The notes under the pieces were generated by a model that saw only the letters and a program-made list of their open reading frames with translations, did not search any database and was not told the DNA's origin. Positions 38,779-51,974 of a stretch of DNA of 64,000 nucleotides are shown one piece after another (position 1 is the stretch's first letter; every line of letters starts with the position of its first letter). The DNA is taken from positions 32,612,001 to 32,676,000 of the forward strand of contig NC_086100.1 of NCBI RefSeq assembly GCF_963921235.1, read 5' to 3'. This DNA is from Mobula hypostoma. Lineage: Eukaryota. A program made the translations under genes and the position numbers.

Positions 38779-38840
38779 GCACCTCTTCCTACAGATGCTG
38801 CTTGGCCTGCTGCGTTCACCAGCAACTTTGATGTGTGTTG
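38745..38840 (+). mobile_element. 96-bp Penelope-derived insert with 15-bp TSD
   Basis: CCTAAATGGAACTAG at 38730-38744 and 38841-38855. Confidence 0.8.
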
Positions 38841-38949
38841 CCTAAATGGAACTAGGTTGGGATGGGGCCTGCAGGAGTGGAGTTTGGAGACAGATAAGGA
38901 GAGAGGAACACAGTGGGCAGATGGAACCAGCTGGAGTGAATAGAAGATG

Positions 38950-39080
38950 AACAAGAGAAAATCTGCAGATGCTGGAAATCCAAGCAACACACACAAAATG
39001 CTGGAGGAACTCAGCAGGCCAGGCAGTATCTATGGAAAAGATTAACAGAACATTTTGGGCCAAGACCCTTCATCAGGACA
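38950..39080 (-). mobile_element. Penelope-derived terminal repeat with degenerate hammerhead
   Basis: Minus strand GTCCTGATGAAGGGTCTTGGCCCAAAATGTT (GAAA core changed to AAAA) followed by the same TGCCTGGCCTGCTGAGTTCCTCCAGCA segment. Confidence 0.65.
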
Positions 39081-39964
39081 GAATTATGGTTTAGGTTCTG
39101 TTGAGTTTAAATTGATTATATCAATTACATGTGAAATAGTACCATCGTTATTTGGAAAACCAACAATTTCAATAAGCTTATCTAAATTTATTGATAACTT
39201 TACAGACCAAAAGAGCAGCTGGCGAATTTATTTTGATCTTTGAGAATACTATTACATTTTAAATTACTATTTTGGTTCTCTTCATTTCCTAATGAATACA
39301 GGCCCTTGCTTGGAGTTTAAGTTAATTTCCTTGTCAGTCCTTTTCAATTGGATTTTCCTTTCAGGCCACAGGTCCACGGAGTTTAAGAATCAGTTAGGCA
39401 GGAATTTTCTTCCAATATTTACCTAGTTTGAATGTAATATGTATGACAATTGGATTAGAACAGAACATGACTTCTGGATACTGTTTCACTAGTTCTGAAA
39501 TTCAACTACCACAAATAATTTCCACTTGCAGTGACTACATCCCAGTAAAGTATAATTGGTCCTGTATGTCTTATTAATACCATGTTATAATTCCTTTAAC
39601 CACTTCTTGTTTTCAGTCATTTTGGTTAAATATCATTGCACACCTCCACAGCAAATGTATTATCAGTTCAATTTTTCAGTGTGACGAAGCTCCAAAACTC
39701 AATTAAGAATGACCAACAGATATGATGGAGGTTAGGTACACTGCAGATGCTCGAATATGGTGCAACAAGCAATACTGGAAGAATTCAGCAGGCCAAGCAG
39801 CATATGTAGAGGCAGAAGATACAAGTCAGGTCTAGGCGCTGAAGATTTTGCTATGAATGGATAGTACAACATGTACACAGCAGATCTCAAAATTTAAAAA
39901 AATCAAGTTTCTTGGAAATTAAGCAAATATAGTTGGTAGAAAATGCCTTGTCCACGCTGTTCTT

Positions 39965-40690
39965 ACCATAAGACATAGAGGCAGAATTAGGCCATTCAGC
40001 CCATTGAATCTGCTCTGCCATTCCATCATGGCTGATCCCAGATCCCAGTCAACCCCATATAGCTGCCGCCTTGCCATATCCTTTGATGCCCTGACTGATC
40101 AAGAAACTATCAAATTCTGCCTTAAATATACCCACGGACTTGGCCTCCAACGCAGTCTGTGGCAGAGCATTCCACAGATTCACTACGCCTTTGCTAAAAA
40201 AAACTCCTCCTTACCTCTGTTCTAAAAGGTCACCCCTCCAGTTTTGAGGTTGTGCCCTCTAATTCTGGATACCCCCACCATAGGAAACATCTTCGCCACA
40301 TCCACCCTATCTAGTCCTTTCAACGTTAGGTAGGTTTCAGTGAGATTCCCCCCTCCACCCCTGCATGCCTCTAAATTCCAGTGAGCACAGGCCCAAAGCT
40401 CCCAAAAGCTCCTCATATGTTAACCCCTTCATTCCCAGAATTATCCTTGTGAACCTTCTCTGGACTCCCTCCAATGACAATGTATCCTTTCTGAGATATG
40501 GGGCCCAAAACTGTTGACAATACCCCAAGTGTGGTCTGAAGAGTATCTCATAAAACCTCGGCATTATCTCCTTGCTTTTATATTCTATTCCCCTTGAATT
40601 AAATGCCAACATTGCATTTGCCTTCTTTACCACAGACTCAACCTGTAAATTAACCTTCTGGGAGTCTGGCACGAGGACTCCCTCCATTTT
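39965..40690 (-). mobile_element. CR1 LINE 3' fragment
   Basis: KKANAMLAF, RPHLGYCQQFWAPYL, VQRRFTRII, RGHNLK. Confidence 0.85.
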
Positions 40691-41034
40691 GCCATTGTGG
40701 CTAAATTGTGCCATTTAAATTGTGGCAGCTATCATTAAAGTCCTGGCCAGATTAGGTTCTGGACTAGCACAGTAAGGAAGAGTTAAAACTACTGTCTTTT
40801 TGCTTCAGCTATTTGAGTGAGCCAAGCATGACAGAATAAGAAAAAAAAAATTAATCTCACTGGTGATGCCAATATTTGAAAGTTACAACACAGCAGAATT
40901 AGAAATGCAAACTAAACTTAACCCGGCTAAATCCATATCTCAAAGGATCACTTGGATGAGTTGTTTTGTGCATCTGTTGTGTGGAGCAGTAAGTGCTTAA
41001 TATCGGAAAATGCCATACACTTTTAACCAACTCT

Positions 41035-41126
41035 ATAGTCACCGCCGCTCGGTTAAACGGCCAATCAGATTCGCTCAAACTGTAAGGCGCCTGAACAAGT
41101 GGCGCGAGTGTGCTACCTTTTTCTAG
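41035..41126 (+). promoter_or_regulatory. Candidate promoter/non-coding exon 1 of the PIGZ paralog
   Basis: Small CpG-rich patch, CCAAT at 41061-41065 and AG|GTAATA donor at 41126/41127, same arrangement as upstream of the intact PIGZ. Confidence 0.4.
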
Positions 41127-41704
41127 GTAATACCTGTACTCCGGTAGGATTGTTGTGAATACTGGTTATTGAATTAAGAGCGTGTCAACTGAGAGCGGGA
41201 GGGGGAATGGGCAGATGCACGCAGAGATTATAGCCATTCTTTTCTGCTGTTCCCCAAGACCTTCTACCTCACCGTTTGAACAGTACTACCTGTTCAGGTG
41301 CACTGCTGGCGCTCTTGGGCTCTTGCTGAATTAGCAGACCTCGTGCTTGTGATACAACTTTACATTACTGGGTGCGGCCATTTTTGGCAAAGCAAATGCA
41401 GACAACTAGCATATATCAAGTGCATACTTTTTAGAGTAGTGATATTTCCCAAAACACTTCTCTACAATATCGCTAATACTAATACTAGCGCAGATGGCAA
41501 AGACCTTAATCGAGGAGAGTGCCTCAGGGAGTAAGAGAGTCAGCGTGCTAGAGCTCCAAATTTGCTTTGGAGTCTCAAGTGAATTTTTACGGATTTTAGA
41601 GCATGCTTTCAGTCACTGCAGGAAAGACACCCTTTCCTCAGCTCCATTATAAACATGGAAAAGAGAGTCTGGTTTCTTTTTGTGAATGACTCTCATTGTG
41701 CTTA

Positions 41705-41819
41705 TAAAACACAAGAGATTTTGCAGATGCTGTAAATCCAGAGAAACATACATAAAATGCTGGAGGAACTCAGTAGGTGGAAGAACTTGCTGAGTTCCTC
41801 CAGCATTTTGCGTGTGTTG
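41705..41819. mobile_element. Penelope-derived fold-back mini-insert with 12-bp TSD
   Basis: TCATTGTGCTTA at 41693-41704 and 41820-41831; perfect 20-bp inverted repeat 41754-41773/41790-41809. Confidence 0.75.
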
Positions 41820-42327
41820 TCATTGTGCTTAAGTAAGCTTATCAGAGTGGTATTCATTGTGATGCAAAAAATGAAGTTGTTACCCCTGTGTTAAAAACAA
41901 CAAATAAATCTTTTATTAAGTTTGCAACTTCAAAATAATTAATTGCATTCAGTTTGCCTTAGTTGGTAGACTTGTCAAAGATTAGTTATGTAGGGTTTAA
42001 ATACAATAAAATGTCTCCAGCCCTTTACTGAAGTATTAGAAATCGAATTTGTCACCCATAATTATTGAATGATGTTAGACAGCAGGAGGCCAAATGGCTT
42101 TTTGTTCTTCGAGAAGCTGAAAATAGTTGGAGGGGCGGGTAGTTTTGGGGACATAGGCTACAGAAGGATTTAATAGATTAGGAGAATGGGCAAAGAAGTG
42201 GTAGATGGAATACAGTGTCGGGAAGTGTATGGTCATGTACTTTGATAGAAGAAATTAAAGCATTGACTATTTTCTAAATGGAGAGAAAATACAAAAATCT
42301 GAGATGCAAAAGGACTTGGAAGTCCTT

Positions 42328-42424
42328 CAACACACACAAAATGCTGGAGGAACTCAGCAGACCAGGCAGTATCTATGGAAAAAAGTATTGTCAACGTTTA
42401 GGGCCGAAACCCTTCCGTAGGACT
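42328..42424 (-). mobile_element. Penelope-derived terminal repeat, hammerhead core decayed
   Basis: Minus strand GTCCTACGGAAGGGTTTCGGCCCTAAACGTTGAC plus the shared downstream segment. Confidence 0.55.
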
Positions 42425-44139
42425 TTTGTACTTTATGTACAGTACTGTGCTGACCTGCTTCCCGCCCTTCAAAGCAGCCCTGTACTGCAGCACCCTACCC
42501 TACTTTACTTTGTACAAGGATTTCAAAGTTCAAAGTAAATTTATTATCAAAGTACTTATATCTCATTATATACAACCCTGAGATTCACTTTATTGTGGGC
42601 ATTGACAGTAAATACAAAGAAACAATAGAATCAATGAGATAAGACTGTCAAACAATCAATAAGCAAAAGACAACAAACTGTCCAAATACAAAAATTAAAA
42701 AAACAAAATAATAGTGATAAACAAATAAGCAATAAATATCAAAAATATCAGATGAAGAGTACTTGAAAGTGAATCCATGGGTTGTGGAACATTTCAGTGT
42801 TGGGGTGAGTGAAGATGAGTGAAGTTATCCATGCCAGTTCAGGAGCCTGATGGTTGAGGGATAATAACTGTTCCTGAACCTGATGGCATGGGTCCTGAGA
42901 TTCCTGTACCTCCTTATCGATGGCAGCAGCGAGAAGAGAACATGGCCTGGATGGTGGGGCCAGGGGGAATATTCGGGAAGTACGCTAAATAAAAATTGTT
43001 TCACTTTCTTTTCAAGTTGTGCAAAATCCAGAGTTCAACATGTTCTAGACCCTGGAGGTATTGCATTTTGGATTTTTGTCCTGTAGCAACATCCGACATT
43101 CACTAGCATTAATTTTTTTTGCCTGCCTCCCATCAAATTTTCTTTATGTATCTCTGCCTTTCTTTGAGAATATTCCTGCTTGTAAAATTGACAGTGTGGC
43201 TTTTTATCTTGTTCCAGAACATGGCTGTGTATTTCTCTGTACTCTGTGAATTGTTAGGTGAATGCTGAGGTATAAAAGAAAGTGCTGAAGTACTCAGCAG
43301 CCCAACCTCCATATGTTGAAAGACATATATTGTCATTGCTTAAGATCTGAACCAGAAAATATTAAAGGTAATATTAAAGTTTTGGACAAGTGATGAAGTG
43401 CAGATAGTTGGAAGACCAAGGAGGAATAGAAGGTCAGATCTGTGATTTGTGGAAGATATAAATAATTTAATAGACAATGGAATTGTTGCAATCATCAGAA
43501 GAATAAACTGGAGTTTGTGTTTTTGAACAGGAATTGCTAAGTCTGGAAGGCCATGAAGTACTTAGCTGAAAGTTTGGGCGCTCTCACCTTCCCACAATAA
43601 AAAATCTGCAGAAAGAACTCAGCAGGTCAGGCAGCAAATGTAGGGAGAAATGAAATATCTGCATTTTAGGTTGACAATTCCCTCCCTCTATCTGCTTCTG
43701 GTTCTATTTCCCCTCAACCCTTCCTTAATAATTTCCAATGATCAATTTACCTAAGATTCCAGCACTGGTAGTCTTTGTGTTCCTGCTATCACCAATATAG
43801 TGATCTCCATCTTTGCCTTCCCCTCCTTTCTTCTGGCTCCGTCTGCCTTTTTTCCCCATCTCTCCATCTATTATCTAGCTGTCTTTGTCTCCATTCCTTA
43901 CCTACCCTTCTGCCTATCACCCCCACCCCTGCACTTAATGAATATAATTAGTTTTGAATTAATTGTCGATCATCATATAAATTTGTACTCTGTCAGTTGA
44001 TTTGTACTTTCATTCTGTACTATTATAATATGAATTATAATACTGATTTCTAAAACAGACTAGCAGTATCTGTTCAGGTATTTGAATTTAATAATCACTA
44101 GGGATTTAACAGTATACTGTATATTGCTTAACTACCACC

Positions 44140-44490
44140 GTGAAGATGAACACAATTGGTAAAACTGCTATCTTATAGCTCCAGTGACTTGGATTCAATC
44201 CTGATCTCCATTTCTATGTGGAGTTAGTGAATTCACCCTGACGCTGTTTGGGTTTCTTCCAGGTTCTCTGGTTTCCTTCCACGTCCCAAAGTTATGCAGT
44301 TTTGGGGTTAATTGGCCACTGTAAACTGCCCCCCAGTGTGTATGGTGTGTGATAGAATGAAGAGGGAGTTAATGGGATTGTGTGGAAAATAAAAATGGAA
44401 TTAATGTACAATTGGTGCAAGAAGTTGCTTTATAATCATTGCAGATTTGGTGAGCCAAGGGACTTGTTTTCATGCTGTCTGATTCTATGG
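44140..44490 (+). mobile_element. V-SINE (HE1-like), degenerate
   Basis: GGATTCAATCC B-box; GGGTTTCTTCCAGGTTCTCTGGTTTCCTTCCACGTCCCAAAG...TAATTGGCCACTGTAAACTGCCCC. Confidence 0.65.
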
Positions 44491-44845
44491 TGTTCAATAT
44501 TTTAAACATAATTTTTTATAACGTCTTTCATGTAGACTCTTTTACTGCAGGCTTATTTTAACTACAGGTCCAATGCCCAAAATCTAAGGACTAACACCAT
44601 ACTAATTTTCATAGATGTAAATAGTAAAAGTTAAATTTGATTTTTTTTTAATGCTTACTAAATATTTTTCTGGTTTTGCACTTCAAAAATAGTGTGTGAA
44701 GCTTCAGGCGAGATCAGATTTGGAGCAAGGAAATGAAGCAGCAAAATACAGATGTGTGTTTTCGTATAGCTGGACATTTGGCCTATGTATTGAAGGAACC
44801 ATCATTAAAATGTAACATTTTCTATTTTTCTAGTGATTGCTTTTC

Positions 44846-44963
44846 ATGGAGCCTAAGATGATGTGGTTGTCCTTTGGGCTCTTCAGGATACTGTGGTGTC
44901 TGGCTCCACAAACAGACTACATACACGGTGATGAATTTTTTCAGTCTCCAGAGGTTATGGCAG
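44846..44963 (+). pseudogene. PIGZ paralog, first coding exon
   Basis: [39 protein letters not shown](G); same 118-nt coding length and CAG|GTAAAA donor as copy 1; acceptor TAG 44831-44833. Confidence 0.88.
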
Positions 44964-47351
44964 GTAAAATATCTAGTCACTTCTGCTTTCTACAAATAAA
45001 AAAGATACTTTGTGGTAAACATTCATTTTGTTTTTCTAGAAGTTAGCTTGTTGTATTGCTAAAGTTCAATATACCTCAAATCCTGTCTGAATTGTGCTCT
45101 TATATGCCTGACGAGTGGCACATGGGATCCTGGTTTTGCTCTTCTACCCTCAGCAGCTGAGACTGAACAATTCTCACCTTTTGGATAATGTCCATTGCAA
45201 ATCTCAGAGGAGGATGGGATTCAAAATCAAGCACCTTGGTAACTGTGCTTTCATTGGAAGTATTGGAAAGTGTTATGTTTTATATAATTAACTAAAACAT
45301 AGCCCGTAAATTAAATATAGTTAGTCTGAACAGAGGAGCTGTTGCCTTTGAAAGTGCAAGATACCACCGCAATGCTTAGTTTCCCACAAAGGATAGATTT
45401 ACAGCAGGAAATCAAACAGAAATCCAATGAATATTTCAGTGAAGAAATTATAGGAATCTGAAGAAATGGTACTTGCTACAGAAAGTCTAGGGGACAAATC
45501 TAGCTTGTGCAGAAGCTTCCTACAGGAACAATAAGAAAGCTATCAATTTCCACCTTGTAACACAGATTCTTACAGTTTTCCCCCGATTATAGCCATTCAA
45601 TGCCCGTTTGATTGACTTGCAGATCATGACCATTGACTTCAAGGAAAGGTTTTTCTTATATCACTTCTAGTTCATTTTTCTATAATACGAAGTATTTCGG
45701 TTAACACGAACAGTTTCCCTTCATCTACCTTGTCTAGACCTTTGATGATAATAAACATTTAAATTGAATCTCACAATTGCAGCTTCTCTAGTCTATTTAC
45801 AATTTGAAGTTTCTCATCATGCAACCATTCTATGTACTCTGCACTCAGTCAAGCATCTTTGTATCTTCCTTAGGGAGTGCTGATTATAATTGTACACATT
45901 ATTCCACTTGTAGCCAATCTACTGTTTTATAAAACTACAATGAAATCTCTTGATAGCATTTATAAAACCCAGCATTCCATGTTTTCTTGGTTACTTTCTC
46001 AGCCTGTCATTTTATCCTCAGAAGTGTGTGCATGGACACATCCAGGTTGTTTTCTCCAGCAGCATTGAAATATGCAATAATGACAGCCCTTACCTTTGGA
46101 TAAAATAATTCATTTAAATTTACAATATGTAATTTTAATAGCAGTAACAATAAAGTAATAAATTCAAAATGTTGATTCGGTTTTACATTTGTCACTGAGG
46201 GTTCAGCATCTAACATTACTTTGAGAATCTTAGTATCCTTGGATAGTATTATTTGTACCTGGTCTTCATACAGTTCAGTTGTGTGAATTGATCCTGCAGA
46301 TTAGCAAACAAAAGCAAACGTCAGTAGACCAGAAGTTAGTAATAAGACTAAATGCCTATGAAACAAACCTGCCTGAGACTTAGCATTAAGGTAGCCATTA
46401 AGGTAATAGTGTGTTCTATTTTCCACTGTGGCAAGCAGCATTGCTTAAGGAATTAAATAAATGCTGATCCAGTGAGTAACATTTTTGAGCAGAAATAGCC
46501 CACTCAGCTATCCAATAAGTTAATGGCTGCTCTTATTGTAACCTTAACTTTAGATTCCCGCCTACCCTCTTTCATTTACCTCTTTGATTGTCGATGATTT
46601 ATCAACCTCGCCTTTAAAACATTCAGAAATTTTCCTTCCAGCACCTTATAAGGAAGTGTGTTTCAAAGACTTTCATCTTCCTGAGAGCAAAATATTCTTC
46701 TTATCTCTGCCATAAATGGCAACTCTTTAGTTTTGAAACATAAACCTCTAGTTCTAGATTCTCTGTTCAGTCCCTCAGGAGAAAATATCTTCTCTGCACC
46801 ACCCTGTCTAGAACCCTCAAAATCTTTAATGTTCCAATTAAGTTGCCCTTCAGTCTTCTGATCTTCAGTGGCTCAAAATGAAGCCAAGCCTGTCCAACCT
46901 TGTCTCAAGACAAACTGCCCTTTCCAGGTATCAATCTAGTTAATCTTTGAACTGCTCCCAGTGATTTTACATATTTCCTGCACATAGTGCTCCAGAAGTG
47001 GCCTATATAAAAAAAACACAACCTCCCTGATTTTCTAATTGGTTCATCCAGCAATAAGCAGCATTCTGATCACTTTCCTAATTACTTGCTAGCCTTTTAT
47101 ATATCATACCCAAGAATATCCAGATCCCTTTGCACTTACATTTTTCTGGGTGTTCATCTGTCCACATTTCAGTTGACTACCGATGTTTGATAATTTACCT
47201 GTTCATTAGTTCAGCATATTACATTATTTTGAGAACCCTAGTGTCCTTGAATATTAGTTTTAATAGCTCAGCCTCCTTGTTCTGTGGGTTCAAGGAAATA
47301 AAGAAGGAGTTTCATTTCAGTAACCCCACAAAGGCAATATTCAGAATTTTA

Positions 47352-49755
47352 GACCAGAAGGAGCAGAAGTCGGCCATTTGGCCCATCGAGTCTGCTCTGC
47401 CATTTTATCATGAGCCGATCCATTCTCCCATTTAGTCCCACTCCCCCGCCTTCTCACCATAACCTCTGGTGCCCTGGCTACTCAGATACCTATCAATCTC
47501 TGCCTTAAATACACCCAATGACTTGGCCTCCACTGCTGCCCGTGGCAACAAATTCCATAGATTCACCACCCTCTGACCAAAAAAATTTCTTTGCATTTCT
47601 GTTCTGAATGGGCGCCCTTCAATCCTTAAGTCATGCCCTCTCGTACTAGACTCCCCCATCATGGGAAACAACTTTGCCACATCCACTCTGTTCATGCCTT
47701 TCAACATTCAAAATGTTTCTATGAGGTCTCCCCTCATTCTTTTAAACTCCAAGGAATACAGTCCAAGAGCAGACAAACGTTCCTCATATGTTAACCCTCT
47801 CATTCCCAGAATCATTCTAGTGAATCTTCTCTGTACCCTCTCCAACGTCAGCGCATCCTTTCTTAAATAAGGAGACCAAAACTGCCCACAGTACTCCAAG
47901 TGAGGTCTCACCAGCGCCTTATAGAGCCTCAACATCACATTCCCGCTCCTGTACTCTATTCCTCTAGAAATGAATGCCAACATTGCATTCGCCTTCTTCA
48001 CTAATGACTCAACCCGGAGGTTAACCTTAAGGGTATCCTGTACGAGGACTCCCAAATCCCGTTGCATCTCAGAACTTTGAATTCTTTCCCCATTTAAATA
48101 ATAGTCTGCCCGTTTATTTGTTCTGCCAAAGTGCATAACCATACACTTTCCAACACTGTACTTCATTTGCCACTTCTCTGCCCATTCTTCCAATCTATCC
48201 AAGTCTCTCTGCAGACTTTCTGTTTCCTCAGCACTACCGGCCCCTCCACCTATCTTCGTATCATCAGCAAACTTAGCCACAAAGCCATCTATTCCATAAT
48301 CCAAATCGTTGATGTACAATGTAAAAAGAAGCGGCCCCAACACGGACCCCTGTGGAACACCACTGGTAACTGGCAGCCAACCAGAATAGGATCCCTTTAT
48401 TCCCACTGTCTGTTTCCTGCAAATCAGCCAATGCTCTATCCATGTATGTAACTTCCCTGTAATTCCATGGGCTCTTATCTTGTTAAGTAGCCTCATGTGT
48501 GGCACCTTGTCAAAGGCCTTCTGAAAATCCAAATATACAACATCCACAGCATCTCCCTTGTCTAGCCTACTGGTAATTTCCTCAAAAAATTGTAATAGGT
48601 TTGTCAAGCAGGATTTTCCTTTAAGGAATCCATGCTGAGTTCTGCCTATCTTGTCATATGCCTCCAGGTACTCTGTAACCTCATCTTTGACAATCGACTC
48701 CAACAACTTCCCAACCACTGATGTCAAGCTAACAGGTCTATAATTTCCATTTTGCTTCCTTGCTCCCTTCTTAAATAGCGGAGTGACATTTGCAATCTTC
48801 CAGTCCTCTGAAACTATGCCAGAATCTATCGACTTTTGAAAGATCACTGCTAATGCCTCCGCAATCTCCACAGCTACTTCCTTCAGAACGCACGGGTGTA
48901 TTCCATTTGGTCCGGGAGATTTATCTGTCTTTAGACTATACAGCTTCCTGAGTACTTTCCCTGTTGTAATTGTGGCCGTGCACACTTCTCTTCCCTGCCA
49001 CCCTTGAGTGTCCGGTATACTGCTGATGTCTTCCTTAGTGAAGACTGTTGCAAATTACTCGTTCAGTTCCTCTGCCATCTCCTTATCTCCCATTACAATT
49101 TCTCCAGCATCATTTTCTATCATTCCTATATCTACTCTCACCTGTCTTTTACTCGTTATATACTTGAAAAAGCTTTTAGTGTCCTCTTTGATATTATTTG
49201 CTAGCTTCCTTTCATAGTTAATCTTTTCCCTCTTAATGACCTTCTTGGTTTCCTTTTGTAAGGTTTTAATAACTTCCCAATCCTCTGTCTTTCCACTAAT
49301 TTTTGCTTCCTTGTATGCCCTCTGCTTTAACTTTGGCTTTGACTTCTCTTGTCAACCACGGTTGCATCCTTTTTCCACTCGAAAATTTCTTCTTTTTTGG
49401 AATATACCTGTCTTGCACCTTCCTTGCTTCTCGCATAAACTCCAGCCACTGCTGCTCTGCTGTCTTTCCCGCCAGTGTCCCTTTCCAGTCAACTTTGGCC
49501 AGTTCCTCTCTCATGCCACTGTAATTTCCTTTACTCCACTGAAATACTGACACATCAGATTTCAGCTTCTCTTTTTCAAATTTCACGGTGAACTCAATCA
49601 TGTTATGATCGCTGCCTCCTAAGGGTTCCTTCACCTCATTCTCTCTACTCACCTCCGGTTCATTATACAATATCCAATCCAGTACAGCCGATCCCCTAGT
49701 GGGCTCAACAACAAGCTGTTCTAAAAAGCCATCTTGCAGGCATTCTACAAATTTT
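47352..49755 (-). mobile_element. Comparatively well-preserved CR1 LINE ORF2 (5'-truncated) in the intron of the PIGZ paralog
   Basis: 425-aa ORF 47708-48985 with complete RT (YLDFQKAFDKV, GVPQGSVLGP, FADDTK), flanked by frameshifted ORF2 pieces and 3' UTR. Confidence 0.92.
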
Positions 49756-49896
49756 TGCTGGTCTCTTGTTTTCAGTTTTTGTTGTTTATTAATAGCCTAA
49801 CAAGGAACTGATAATGTACCATTGCATCTTTGAAAGCATTAAATATGTTATACAAAGTATTTTTTACTTTGAAAAACTCATTGTTTTTTTTTACAG

Positions 49897-51486
49897 GTAA
49901 CATTTTGAACTTGCAAACCTTCCACCCTTGGGAATTCAATACTTGTTACCCCACCAGATCAATTCTTTTCCCATTGGTCACAACAGGTTTTTCATTCACA
50001 ATACTTAAAAATTTACACAATTTTCGTGTTTTTGGCAACATCGTAAACAGCCATACTTTGTTAGTTTTCCCTAGATTTTGCCTGACATGCCTGTCCTTCA
50101 TATTGGATTTCTGTGTATACTCTTTAGCCCGTCTCTGGGATGCAGATCCATGGAATGCTTTAATACTGTTGAGTGGTTCACATGTGATGTTTGTTTTTCA
50201 CACCAGAACATTTTCAAGTTCCGTAGATGCAGCTCTGTTTGCATTGCTGCTGGTGTTAGTGGCTCTGGACACAAAGCAAATAAATGTGACATCAGATGCT
50301 GAAGAACAGAAGAGAAGGAAGAACACATATTTTAATTGGGATTATTTTAGTCTCAGGTTTTTTTAATAGGCCCACGTTTATTGTTTTTGCTTCAGTGCCA
50401 GTGTTCCTGTGGCTTTCTCTTGATCAGAGAGGCACATTTCATTTCAGCTTCAGAACAATTTTGAGCAATACTCTTGGTACTTTTTCATCTGTACTTGCAA
50501 CCACTTTTACCTTCATTTTGATAGATACATTATATTTTGATGTAATGTTTTGTGACACACACAGTTTTTTGTAAACTGGGCATGGTGTACATAATCACAT
50601 TGCTAATCTAAAACAACATATGGCTTTAACTCCTCTCAATTTCATTGTGTACAACTTGAAAACAGAAAATCTTTCTACTCATGGGAGTCACCCCTGGTTT
50701 ACACATCTGACCGTGAATGGCCTTGTGCTGTTTGGTACTCTTCATCTGTTAGCTGTTGTTTCTGGTATCCAAATCATAATCAGGACATTTGGCTGTAGTA
50801 TCATAAGGAGACAGCAAGTTAAACAGAGTTTATTGAAGGTGTTTCCAGTTACAATGCCAATTATTGAATATTTAATTTTGGCTTATTTTGTTCCCATGAT
50901 TATTCTTTCTTTCTTTTGTCATCAGGAAGGGCAGTTTCTTAGTCCACTTCTTGTACCAGTTGTTCTTCATTGTGTTTTAAAACTTAAGATGTTGAGGTGG
51001 AAAACTGTGATTGTTGTATTTAACATTTTGTGTTCAGTATTTTTTGGCTCTCTGCATCAGGGTGGCCTGATTCCTTGTATTTCCTATTTAGAAAAATCTC
51101 TCCATTTAAAGGATTCTGTGGTTAATCAGGGGGAATACATTTTGATATTTTATCACACTTATATGCCTCCAAGACATCTCCTGAATATCAAATCTGATCA
51201 AGAATCTGTCAGAATCATTGATCTAGGAGGGTCTGATGTTTCTGTGCTCAACAGCACAGTGATTAGATTACTTGACAATTCTTCTTCTATTGAGAACAAC
51301 CAAACAAATATTTACATACATCATTGCACCTGGTAGTGTTGAATGTACTTTTAATTATTGTAACTTTCACTGGAAACCTATACATCATTCTTCCCCCATG
51401 TGTACATGGAAGATCCCCCTGACATTTCTAAACTTATTTCTAAGGATTTATTGAGCCAGCTGAGTCTTTACATTTTCAAGGTGTAG
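49897..51486 (+). pseudogene. PIGZ paralog terminal exon, disabled
   Basis: Collinear with 26403-28033; frameshift near 50324, in-frame TAA 50572-50574, 4-bp duplication (TACATACA) near 51315, frameshift near 51383; ends [14 protein letters not shown]. Confidence 0.9.
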
Positions 51487-51974
51487 ACAATGGGAAAGAA
51501 ATATAACACTTAAAGAAGGCAGCTTTAGTTTTGATGATTTCAATCTGTTTGTTATTATGTTATATTTGTGAGTATTCTTATTTTTTTGCAGATGCTGGAA
51601 GTCTGAAATAAAAATAAAATGCTAGAAATATTCAATAGATTTATCATTCATTAGAAAGACAATGTATTAACATTTTAGAATTGCCAAATTGATCAGTCAA
51701 GATTTCAATCCAATCATATTTATTTTATTTATCTAGTTTATTATTAATAGTTTGATTACTTTTAATCTCAAATAATAGTTTCAGAATATTTATAGAATCT
51801 TAATATTTATAGACTTCTGATGTGAATCACTCTTCATTTGCCTACAGGAATATAATCATATGACATGTTAATACATGACAATTAAAATATAATTGTATTT
51901 GTTGCAAAATAAATCCTTGTTAACATCATTAGTTGTAGGAAAAGTACCCATGAACAAATAGCTGTCACATTTCC

